A stretch of 64,000 nt of DNA from a virus. This document shows, piece by piece, positions 9,105 to 16,702 of this stretch. The translations under genes and the position numbers were made by a program. Under the pieces are notes generated by a model. It was given only the letters and a program-made list of their open reading frames with translations. It did not search any database and was not told the DNA's origin. Location: positions 64,001 to 128,000 of the IMG/VR virus record IMGVR_UViG_3300044729_001198. One strand, given 5' to 3'. Every line of letters begins with the position of its first letter. The stretch's first letter is position 1.

Positions 9105-9536
9105 TTAGATGTGGTGTGTATTATTCCAAACATCCAACTCATTCTGAAGAGTTTCAATTTTAGCTTCAAGTTCTGAAACTTTAGTGTCGAGGGTAACTAC
9201 ATCCATTTCAACTACCATCATAGTAGGTGGAGCATCTGACCATCGGTGAGCAACCATTCCCTCATCGGAAGAAATAGCACGGTACTTCTTGATTAGATTT
9301 TTAAGTTCAGAGATTTCAAAAATCTTCGAATACACTGGAGCATTAGCAAGGTGAATTTTAGTTTTCAACTCAACTAACTCATGAGTTAATTTCTCCATAC
9401 CTTCAGCAGCAGCCTTGGCCGAATACCTACGAACTGAATCAGCTGCCATAGAATTATACTTCATGGCGATTACGGCTTGTTTATCAATTTCAGATACAAG
9501 CTTGTTTTTACGTTTTAGAGCTTCATTAATTGTCAT
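9105..9536 (-). CDS. DIP1984-like coiled-coil protein
   Basis: MTINEALKRK...LKTKIHLAN...ELK pattern. Confidence 0.6.
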   Translation of the reverse strand: MTINEALKRKNKLVSEIDKQAVIAMKYNSMAADSVRRYSAKAAAEGMEKLTHELVELKTKIHLANAPVYSKIFEISELKNLIKKYRAISSDEGMVAHRWSDAPPTMMVVEMDVVTLDTKVSELEAKIETLQNELDVWNNTHHI

Positions 9537-9557
9537 AACTTTTTATTTTTGATAATA

Positions 9558-9589
9558 CAAATATACGAAATAATTTTCAAATAAACAAA
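9558..9589 (-). promoter_or_regulatory. Bacteroidota-type promoter
   Basis: TTTG-N20-TATATTTG. Confidence 0.75.
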
Positions 9590-9595
9590 TTTTTA

Positions 9596-9829
9596 TTACT
9601 CATAGTCAAAATAAATCCGACCATCGTTGAATGGGTCGGTTGACCATCCAATAGAATATTCATCCAAGACATCAAATACAATTTGTTTCATGTGGTCCGA
9701 ATTACCTGTGATGATATAATACTTACCCTCTATATCAAAATTCTTTTCTACAAATTCAATAATAACCCCCCTTGCATCGGAATGGGTATATCCATGTAAG
9801 TCCAATGATATAAACTTTTCAGATTTCAT
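9596..9829 (-). CDS. stand-alone Smr-domain protein
   Basis: LDLHGY...IITG.S...N.G. Confidence 0.8.
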   Translation of the reverse strand: MKSEKFISLDLHGYTHSDARGVIIEFVEKNFDIEGKYYIITGNSDHMKQIVFDVLDEYSIGWSTDPFNDGRIYFDYE

Positions 9830-9836
9830 CTTTTTG

Positions 9837-10322
9837 TTATACCTTTTTGTAAACCTTGACATAATCCGCTTTACCTTGGGTGATAATACGCATTTTTTTT
9901 ATAAACAATTTAACGTCATCTATGTTGTTAGTTTTGTAAACTAAATAATCATCGACATATAATTCAATAGAATCTTCAGACCACATCAATCCAAACTTAT
10001 GAGACTTGATTGATTTATTAAAATAGTGATTTAGTTTCGCAGGTTCAAGTTCAAATGGTGATTGTAAATAGAATTTGTTATTTTCATTTAAAACAATCTT
10101 CAAGGTTGAAAGTTCCTTGGATTGTAATTTAACATGATTACTTGTTTTTATTTCAAAGTATCCAAATTTCCAATCCGACATAGATACTAACGTGTCGTCA
10201 CCACTCCAATTCAAATAACCAGCATATCGAGTTTTTTTATAGTCGAACTCGTGAAATACAACTAAATAGTCTGATAATATTTTTGAATCAAATCTCTTTC
10301 GAGAAATGATAAAGTATTTCAT
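9837..10322 (-). CDS. ConA/GH16-like beta-sandwich protein, catalytic motif not evident
   Basis: GYFEIK, HKFGLMWSEDSIELYVDD; no ExDxxE. Confidence 0.5.
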   Translation of the reverse strand: MKYFIISRKRFDSKILSDYLVVFHEFDYKKTRYAGYLNWSGDDTLVSMSDWKFGYFEIKTSNHVKLQSKELSTLKIVLNENNKFYLQSPFELEPAKLNHYFNKSIKSHKFGLMWSEDSIELYVDDYLVYKTNNIDDVKLFIKKMRIITQGKADYVKVYKKV

Positions 10323-10384
10323 ATATCTTAAAAATTCTTTCATAGATAAATCCTTTACAATAAATAGTAAAAATTATTTTGTAG

Positions 10385-10455
10385 TTACCCCTCAAGGACT
10401 CGAACCTCGATTAACTGGACCAAAACCAGTTGTCCTGCCATTAGACGAAAGGGTA
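10385..10455 (-). tRNA. tRNA-Gln (TTG)
   Basis: ACTGG-TTTTGGT-CCAGT anticodon arm, TTCGAGT T-loop. Confidence 0.9.
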
Positions 10456-10481
10456 ATATATCAATGTAGTTCGGTTAGTAA

Positions 10482-10784
10482 TTATCCTTTTAAAATTTCT
10501 TGTTTGTTTGTGATTTTGTTTTCAAACTTATCAAACCGTGAATCAATATAACGATAAATCTCATTGACATGATTTTCACTTGTGTTATGAAGCGTGTCAA
10601 CATAATTCATAGTTTCTTTTTCTTTTTGAATAACAGTTTTAAATATTTCAGCAAGTGTACCATCCGTGTCCATAACATCAGACTCCAACTGCTTTACCGA
10701 TTTTCTCAACTGAAACACGACTACAATCATTCCAACATAGAACATTGTAACCGCACCCCAACCGAACGCAATAATTGTTTCCAT
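10482..10784 (-). CDS. N-terminal TM plus coiled-coil protein
   Basis: Hydrophobic N-terminus, AGGAG upstream. Confidence 0.6.
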   Translation of the reverse strand: METIIAFGWGAVTMFYVGMIVVVFQLRKSVKQLESDVMDTDGTLAEIFKTVIQKEKETMNYVDTLHNTSENHVNEIYRYIDSRFDKFENKITNKQEILKG

Positions 10785-10877
10785 AATTTTCTCCTAATTT
10801 AAAGAACTACATTGATATAGATAGACTCGGGCCTAGCGAGCCGCCAAAGCGGAAAGGCCCTTTTTAAAGTCTATTTG

Positions 10878-10949
10878 TTGCGGGGGGCGGACTCGAACCA
10901 CCGACCTCAAGGTTATGAGCCTTGCAAGCTACCACTGCTCTACCCCACA
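10878..10949 (-). tRNA. tRNA-fMet (CAT), initiator-like
   Basis: TGTGGGG..GAGCAG..GGCTCATAACC..CCCCGCAA; only two of the three G-C pairs in anticodon stem and U1:A72. Confidence 0.8.
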
Positions 10950-10955
10950 ATGTTG

Positions 10956-11028
10956 AGCGAAAGAGGAGATTCGAACTCCCGACCCTCACCTTGGCAAGGT
11001 GATGCTCTACCAACTGAGCTACTTTCGC
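10956..11028 (-). tRNA. tRNA-Gly (GCC)
   Basis: Canonical cloverleaf GCGAAAG...CTTTCGC-T. Confidence 0.95.
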
Positions 11029-11031
11029 AAT

Positions 11032-11215
11032 TGTAATATCTTATCTCCGGTTTTTACTTATGGTTTGTTCCCCATAACCTGTTGACGTGCACATCAGAGC
11101 AGGGACCTGAACATAGTCTACTGAGCCGTTTCCAAACTTCCGATTTGTGGTTGCGACCCACTTGGAAGTCAGTAGTCCTTTCAGAGAAGCGATATCTCCT
11201 TATGTAGATATTACA
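11032..11215 (-). ncRNA. candidate structured RNA between tRNA genes
   Basis: Perfect 10-bp closing inverted repeat (11032-41/11206-15) plus nested helices; no family recognised. Confidence 0.5.
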
Positions 11216-11218
11216 TTG

Positions 11219-11290
11219 AGCGGAGAGGTGGTTCTGCCCCACCATCTCTCATCTGGTTGATGAGTGAGTTTCTCTAAACTCCTCCTCCGC
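11219..11290 (-). ncRNA. non-canonical tRNA-Gly-like RNA, copy 1
   Basis: 72-nt cloverleaf; loop CAACCAG, T-loop GGCAGAA, GCG/CGC-U acceptor. Confidence 0.8.
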
Positions 11291-11295
11291 GTTGT

Positions 11296-11368
11296 AGGTA
11301 TGAATCTCCGGTAACACTCGAATTAGATTCACTGCAGGCGGTTTCATTCCTGTCTTCAATTCATACCT
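11296..11368 (-). ncRNA. candidate stem-closed spacer RNA
   Basis: Perfect 10-bp inverted repeat AGGTATGAAT/ATTCATACCT filling the tRNA spacer. Confidence 0.35.
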
Positions 11369-11444
11369 TGGAGCCACCAGAGGGACTCGAACCCCCGACC
11401 TACTGATTACAAATCAGTAGCTCTACCAACTGAGCTATGGTGGC
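11369..11444 (-). tRNA. tRNA-Thr (TGT)
   Basis: Canonical cloverleaf with encoded CCA. Confidence 0.95.
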
Positions 11445-11516
11445 TTTTGAGAGGGGTGTTTTAGTGAGTGCTAACTTACCCCCCTCGGTGGGCTAGACTC
11501 AGCAGTTACTCGGCGA

Positions 11517-11666
11517 TTACTCGGCGCTAGTTGTGTCTACAACAGCGGTAGTATCTACAACAGCAGTCGTGTCAACGGCAGTAGAATCTACTGAAGTCTC
11601 TTCGGTTGAAGTTGAGCAAGATACCAAAGCCAAGGTAGCTACGAAAGCAAACAATACTTGTTTCAT
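11517..11666 (-). CDS. 49-aa lipoprotein with VDTTA repeats
   Basis: MKQVLFAFVATLALVSC lipobox then STSTEETSVDSTAVDTTAVVDTTAVVDTTSAE; not in ORF track. Confidence 0.8.
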   Translation of the reverse strand: MKQVLFAFVATLALVSCSTSTEETSVDSTAVDTTAVVDTTAVVDTTSAE

Positions 11667-11712
11667 GGTTCGTTTCTCATTATTAAGGTTAAACATATGT
11701 GAACTAAATTTG

Positions 11713-11784
11713 AGCGGAGAGTTGGAACTGCCCCAACACCTCTTATCTGGTTGATAAGCGACTTTCTTTTAAGTCTTTCCCCGC
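11713..11784 (-). ncRNA. non-canonical tRNA-Gly-like RNA, copy 2
   Basis: 72-nt cloverleaf; same CAACCAG loop, T-loop GGCAGTT, compensatory stem changes versus copy 1. Confidence 0.8.
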
Positions 11785-11794
11785 GATTGTTTAA

Positions 11795-11826
11795 CAAATA
11801 TACGAAATAAATTTCATATTGCCAAA
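11795..11826 (-). promoter_or_regulatory. Bacteroidota-type promoter
   Basis: TTTG-N20-TATATTTG directly upstream of Gly-like copy 2. Confidence 0.75.
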
Positions 11827-11834
11827 TCTTTTTT

Positions 11835-11860
11835 AAAAAAACCCCGACCTAGCTCGGGAT
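11835..11860 (-). terminator. intrinsic terminator after tRNA-Ser
   Basis: CCCGA-GCTAGG-TCGGG followed by a T run. Confidence 0.6.
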
Positions 11861-11873
11861 AACACATCGGATG

Positions 11874-11960
11874 CGGAGGCTCAGGGATTCGAACCCCGGT
11901 TACAATTTCTCGTAAAGCAGTTTTCAAGACTGCCGCATTCGACCGCTCTGCCAAACCTCC
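11874..11960 (-). tRNA. tRNA-Ser (TGA)
   Basis: GGAGGTT acceptor, long variable arm, G73. Confidence 0.95.
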
Positions 11961-12066
11961 GTGTTTTATCATTTGTTTTTTTCTTGATAGGTAGCCAATA
12001 AGTACGCTGATACAATCATAAAAGCTACAATACCCAACCCAATTAAAAATGATTCCATGATGTATA

Positions 12067-12288
12067 CTATAAATTGTAGTCTGTAAAATTAGAACGTAAC
12101 ACTTCCAATTTATCACTAGCATTAGCCATTTGTTCAACGAGAGTATCAAGCTCTTCAGTATGTTGTGGATGTTCTCCAATGGCTACGGGTGATTCAAAGT
12201 AAATACTAATTCTTGCGCGAGCGTCCAAAATCTCGGCTGTGTATTTTGCCTCAAGGGCTTGGAACAATTGTTTTGAAATTCTGCTCAT
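12067..12288 (-). CDS. conserved phage hypothetical protein
   Basis: 73 aa, VAIGEHP motif. Confidence 0.65.
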   Translation of the reverse strand: MSRISKQLFQALEAKYTAEILDARARISIYFESPVAIGEHPQHTEELDTLVEQMANASDKLEVLRSNFTDYNL

Positions 12289-12334
12289 AACTTTAGTTTA
12301 ATATAAATAGGTTTACCAACATTAATAAAATTAG

Positions 12335-12406
12335 TAGTCCGTGCGGGAATCGAACCCGCCTTTTATCCGTGAAAGGGATATGTCCTAACCGATAGACGAA
12401 CGGACC
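12335..12406 (-). tRNA. tRNA-Glu (TTC)
   Basis: Cloverleaf with CTTTCAC loop. Confidence 0.9.
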
Positions 12407-12563
12407 AAGTTGACTACGAGAGCACGTTGTTCTTTGCACCTCTTTGATATTCCCCGTGGTTAGTCAAACCAGATATAAATTTGTTATATCAGCAGTTCCA
12501 TATGAGGTATCACCCCACTTCTCATCGTATTGGACATACTATTCGGTGATGAACCGAACCGTG

Positions 12564-12693
12564 TAGTCAGGACAGGAATCGAACCTGTATGTCAACCTCT
12601 ACGACAGAGCTGTTCTTATTAACCGTGGCCAGCGGGTTTATTACAGTTGTAGTTGACTATCTATGTAGCGTCTACCAATTCCGCCACCTGACT
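12564..12693 (-). ncRNA. tRNA-Leu-like scaffold with 78-nt insert, copy 1
   Basis: AGTCAGG/CCTGACT acceptor, Leu-type D-arm, TTCGATT T-loop; no normal anticodon arm. Confidence 0.8.
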
Positions 12694-12793
12694 AAATAAA
12701 TTGGAGTAAGACCCTCTACTACTGGACCAATTGTAGTCGCTGGATTTAAACTTAACCTATTACGTAGTGTTTCCAAAACCTACCACCAATTTG

Positions 12794-12915
12794 AAGTCAG
12801 GACAGGATTGTGAACCTGTATTTAAACGGAGGTGTTTTTACACTGCGTTTAATTTCTAACTGTGTTTTCACATACAGTAGTTGTAGAAGCGTCTATACTT
12901 TTCCGCCACCTGACT
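12794..12915 (-). ncRNA. tRNA-Leu-like scaffold with 68-nt insert, copy 2
   Basis: Same acceptor stem; D-loop lacks GG, 8-nt T-loop TTCACAAT. Confidence 0.7.
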
Positions 12916-12918
12916 ATT

Positions 12919-12986
12919 AAATAATTCTGTGTTGGCCAACTAAGCACGTACCTGCACCAGATACTTTTTATGCATCAGAATTATTT
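12919..12986 (-). ncRNA. candidate stem-closed spacer RNA
   Basis: Perfect 11-bp inverted repeat AAATAATTCTG/CAGAATTATTT. Confidence 0.3.
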
Positions 12987-12987
12987 G

Positions 12988-13112
12988 CAGTCAGGACAGG
13001 ATTCGAACCTGCAATTGTGGATTTCAAAGAAGGACTCGTATGGGTTTTTTCCATTCCACACCCACGATAATACTATCCTTTCTTATTGCGTCTACCATTC
13101 CGCCACCTGACT
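12988..13112 (-). ncRNA. tRNA-Leu-like scaffold with 74-nt insert, copy 3
   Basis: Same acceptor stem, Leu-type D-arm, TTCGAAT T-loop, long hairpin insert. Confidence 0.8.
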
Positions 13113-13193
13113 AAATAGTGGAGCGTCATTTATTTCTAAATTATCCACTTCGGTTACGTTATCTTTCGATAAGAGGCTTTACCGAGCCCAATG

Positions 13194-13267
13194 TATCCCC
13201 GATTGGATTCGAACCAATGACCTACGCATTAGAAGTGCGTTGCTCTATCCAGCTGAGCTACGGAGAC
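13194..13267 (-). tRNA. tRNA-Arg (TCT)
   Basis: Canonical cloverleaf. Confidence 0.95.
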
Positions 13268-13309
13268 GTTTTAATAACAATGTCAAAGAACTATATGTGA
13301 GTTTCCGTG

Positions 13310-13395
13310 TACCGCCTGCCGGAATCGAACCGGCACGGACATCGCTGTCCGAGGGATTTTAAGTCCCTTGTGTCTACCTGTTTCACCAAGGCGGC
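13310..13395 (-). tRNA. tRNA-Leu (TAA)
   Basis: Canonical class II cloverleaf, AGGGA-CTTAAAA-TCCCT. Confidence 0.95.
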
Positions 13396-13405
13396 ATCTT
13401 GTATA

Positions 13406-13437
13406 CAAATATACGAAATAAGTATGAGATTGCCAAA
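13406..13437 (-). promoter_or_regulatory. Bacteroidota-type promoter of tRNA operon
   Basis: TTTG-N20-TATATTTG about 10 nt before tRNA-Leu. Confidence 0.8.
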
Positions 13438-13614
13438 TTTATTTTCTCATGCCATCACGAACTCCACGTTGATACAACGTATACGAATTGATGACCCAAA
13501 GAAGTGTGATAATTTGCCATGTAGGATTTTCACCATTCTTATAATGTAAAATGGCTGATGTTGCGGCTAGGATAGCCATAATAACGAATAATGATTTTTC
13601 GAATAGTTTCATAA

Positions 13615-13932
13615 CTAATATTTTTCGATTTGTGTTTTGATTTTGTGTATAAGTTCCATGTCACCTAATTGTGGGATAATTTCTTCCAACAAAGATTTCA
13701 TGTGTTGTTTTGATTTACGTTTAGATTCAGCTTGATTAGCTCGTTCTACTAAATACAAGTGATATGCAATCTCATCAACCTGTTTTAGTTTGTCGTAATA
13801 CTTTTGAATACGAGCATCTAACTTACGAGACCGATGTAGGTCAATGACTGTTGGAAATGCTTTGTGTAATTCATCTAATCTACCTTTTAGGTATTGGATT
13901 TCCCCGTATCGTTGAATTTCGTGTTCGGTCAT
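13615..13932 (-). CDS. hypothetical protein
   Basis: 105-aa ORF. Confidence 0.6.
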   Translation of the reverse strand: MTEHEIQRYGEIQYLKGRLDELHKAFPTVIDLHRSRKLDARIQKYYDKLKQVDEIAYHLYLVERANQAESKRKSKQHMKSLLEEIIPQLGDMELIHKIKTQIEKY

Positions 13933-14290
13933 CGTGATATTTTAAATACTGACAAAAATGACTTGAGACTCATTTGTTTTACCTGAGCAAAATACTTTGC
14001 AGCTCCCAAACGACCCCAAGCTTTTGTATAGGCAATGGGTTCTGATGTTTTGTCTGTTTTAGAATAAAAATAATACTTTTTCATTTCCTTCATTATTGTA
14101 CTCCCATGGGCTTGCCAAGTGTAGCTGATAATCGAGTAGCAAAATCTTCAGCGAAGTCTTTCTTGATAAATGTCTTTACGACTTCACCATCAAGTTTAAC
14201 ATCAAACGCTTTGTTTGAGATTTTGGATGTAACGATTTCAATACGTTCCATTTTATAAATAAGTGTTAAAAATTAATCAAGGTTAAAATG

Positions 14291-14620
14291 TTAGTGTTTC
14301 TTTTTAATTTGTTCGATAAGGTCCGTTACAAATTCACCGGCATATGTTTTACCACCAACGTTCCATCGTTTGTTTTCAAACTCTGCGAATTCACGACTTC
14401 CACTTTTCCAATCGTATAGTGTAAATACAGCACCATCAGATGTACGTTGGAATACCCACTCGAAATTTACTTTACCATCACCACTCGGAGTGTCAAAGGT
14501 TGGTTTACCAAATGTTTTTACTAATTGGTTAAAGGTCCAACCTACAAGTGAATCTTTATAAGACGTTCCATTTGTTAGATTCAGAGCGTCTTTTTCATTT
14601 TTAATGATATTATACTTCAT
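14291..14620 (-). CDS. conserved phage hypothetical protein
   Basis: LVKTFGKP..SGDGKV.FEW..FTLYDWK motif; promoter at 14640-14671. Confidence 0.7.
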   Translation of the reverse strand: MKYNIIKNEKDALNLTNGTSYKDSLVGWTFNQLVKTFGKPTFDTPSGDGKVNFEWVFQRTSDGAVFTLYDWKSGSREFAEFENKRWNVGGKTYAGEFVTDLIEQIKKKH

Positions 14621-14639
14621 GTGTTTCTTATTTACTTTG

Positions 14640-14671
14640 TAAAGATACGAAATAATTTTGACATTGCCAAA
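14640..14671 (-). promoter_or_regulatory. Bacteroidota-type promoter
   Basis: TTTG-N20-TATCTTTA. Confidence 0.7.
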
Positions 14672-14702
14672 TTTATTTTAAATGTTAGCACCTGCTGACA
14701 TT

Positions 14703-15251
14703 TTAGCTTGGTAATACATCGATGGCAATAATATCCCACGGCCAAACTTCACAATGATACCCATGTGTAGATAGATGTCCTACAATCGCATCGAAGCTGG
14801 AATGTTTGTGTTCTATCTTTATATACTTTGGCCGTAGCGGACCTCGTAGGTCAACCATTTTCAATATCTCATAATCATGACCTTCAGTATCAATCTTCAA
14901 ATAATCAACTTGAGTGATATTACACATCGATATTAAATCCGAATATGTAAGTGTTGGTACTGTGATTGACCTATCATGTGAACCTGCCTTTTCAGATTGT
15001 ACGTTTTTATAAAACGATGACATTCCAGCATAATCTTTGTCGGAATCAACCAACTCTTCAGAGCACAACCACAACTCCCTACTACCACGTTCAGTATCAA
15101 CGGCTGCGTTAACATAGAACACATTTTCTTTTTGTTCAATGTTATCTAAATATTTTTTTACGGGTTCAACAATAACACCTTTCCATCCAAAATCGGATAG
15201 ATAGTTTAATGTTTGAAAGTCACACGACCCAATTTCTATAAATGTTTTCAT
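14703..15251 (-). CDS. FkbM-family methyltransferase
   Basis: FIEIG, VEP, VDYLKIDTEGHDYEIL. Confidence 0.9.
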   Translation of the reverse strand: MKTFIEIGSCDFQTLNYLSDFGWKGVIVEPVKKYLDNIEQKENVFYVNAAVDTERGSRELWLCSEELVDSDKDYAGMSSFYKNVQSEKAGSHDRSITVPTLTYSDLISMCNITQVDYLKIDTEGHDYEILKMVDLRGPLRPKYIKIEHKHSSFDAIVGHLSTHGYHCEVWPWDIIAIDVLPS

Positions 15252-15252
15252 A

Positions 15253-15528
15253 TTATTTTAATGCTACACAAACCATACACTTAATACCATCTTCAGATTC
15301 AAACAACCATTCGTTGGTATAATCAGTTTCAACTTCTTTTACAAATCTAAATCTACGAGCCCCTTGCGTTTTCCAATTCTTGATATAAAATTGCTTTCTT
15401 CCATTTGGGAATGTAAACTGATAATATACACCATTACCCACTTCTTGAAGATTCCAAGCATCGCCATAAAACGTATTAGAATCAGCATCCCATTTAAAAC
15501 TATGAATATCGTATGTTATTTTTTTCAT
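15253..15528 (-). CDS. hypothetical protein
   Basis: 91-aa ORF. Confidence 0.55.
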   Translation of the reverse strand: MKKITYDIHSFKWDADSNTFYGDAWNLQEVGNGVYYQFTFPNGRKQFYIKNWKTQGARRFRFVKEVETDYTNEWLFESEDGIKCMVCVALK

Positions 15529-16220
15529 AAAAATACAATCTCATTGGTATCAGGATTCCAATCAACACTAACAGGTCGTTGAGTATAATTGTATCGTTCG
15601 TCTAATACTGCTGCGTTAAAGAAATGTGTACCATTTTCAAACTTATAACCATACCCGGTATGAATATGACCACAAACATGAATCTTTGGTTTAACTTCCT
15701 TGATACGCTCGGCCAATAATTCACAACCCAATGGGATGGAACGGCTATGATAAACTGTATCTAAATTACCCCAAGATGGTCCGTGAGTAACAAGAATATC
15801 GGTATCATCAGGAATACCTTTCCATTTCACTTCCAGTTCCCAACCATTTCTTGGCAAGTTAAATGCCCAATTATAAAATTCCGGCTGCCAAGGACTACCA
15901 TAAATCTTAACCAGATTATCCATATCTTCGCCAACTTTCAACCAATCATCTTCTAAATAATCGATAGTTTTATAGCCAGTTAAAATTCCTCTCGATACAT
16001 CTGGCGCATTTTCCATCCACCTATCATGATTACCAGCAATGAATATTTTATGGTCGTAGTTATTAATATTATCAAGCCAATCAAAGAACTCAATTGCTTC
16101 AGTTTGATGGTAACCTGAATTCATAAAATCACCCGCATGAATCAGTAAATCACCGCCCGGCAAATCTTCCGTAATATTTCGGTGTTTAGTGTGTGTGTCT
16201 GATATAAACGTAATTTTCAT
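15525..16220 (-). CDS. calcineurin-like metallophosphoesterase
   Basis: SDTH, HAGD, AGNHD, THGP, GHIH. Confidence 0.95.
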   Translation of the reverse strand: MKITFISDTHTKHRNITEDLPGGDLLIHAGDFMNSGYHQTEAIEFFDWLDNINNYDHKIFIAGNHDRWMENAPDVSRGILTGYKTIDYLEDDWLKVGEDMDNLVKIYGSPWQPEFYNWAFNLPRNGWELEVKWKGIPDDTDILVTHGPSWGNLDTVYHSRSIPLGCELLAERIKEVKPKIHVCGHIHTGYGYKFENGTHFFNAAVLDERYNYTQRPVSVDWNPDTNEIVFL

Positions 16221-16408
16221 ATTAATCTCTTTTCTCTATTTCTTTTAGGACATCCTTTATGCCCCATAATGCCGCCAAAACTATGGCTATTATTCCAACT
16301 AAAATTGCTATTAATTTCATATACTTGTAGGTCTACCACAATAAATCATGGTGTTAATTTTTTCTTGTTCTAACCATCCAAGAAAATTCCAAATCTTTTT
16401 TAATGTTC

Positions 16409-16702
16409 TCATGCTGGATATTTTGACTTTGGAGAACATCCCATCAAAATTCCAATACGGAATCCATCGGCTATGTATTTTTTAAATTTAAATTTTTTTG
16501 AAACTTCTTTAATGATTTCTTCCAAACGCTCGTGCTCTATCTCGTATTCGAGATACGGAATCACCTTTTGACCCATTTCATTAAGTTCAGCATTTTCTAC
16601 TAATTGGTCAAAATCAGCGGATGGTGTTGCTTCATTGTAGAGTCTACGATAGCATTCTAAAAACGCATCATCAATCTTCTTTTGTTGTCGTGTTGTATAC
16701 AT
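16409..16702 (-). CDS. hypothetical protein
   Basis: 97-aa ORF. Confidence 0.55.
   Translation of the reverse strand: MYTTRQQKKIDDAFLECYRRLYNEATPSADFDQLVENAELNEMGQKVIPYLEYEIEHERLEEIIKEVSKKFKFKKYIADGFRIGILMGCSPKSKYPA

Noticed and set aside
10830-10866. GC hairpin GGGCCT..AGGCCC with a T run as terminator of the tRNA operon
   Set aside because: The T run is on the plus strand, opposite to transcription; it could only end antisense RNA, so its function is unsupported
11032-11215. Group I intron, riboswitch, SRP, RNase P or 6S identity for the 184-nt element
   Set aside because: An R-like motif is present but there is no UAGUC P7 partner and it does not interrupt an exon; signature motifs of the other families were not found by eye (an Rfam search is still needed)
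11219-11290. Reading the Gly-like RNAs on the plus strand as tRNA-Thr(GGT)
   Set aside because: Arm order would be reversed, and the promoter, neighbouring tRNAs and the GCG/CGC-U-CAA context all favour the minus strand
10306-13549. ORFs 10306-10551, 11054-11245, 11533-11754, 11814-12179, 13118-13300, 13307-13549
   Set aside because: They overlap tRNAs, structured RNAs or the real minus-strand lipoprotein; the translations are tRNA-derived artefacts
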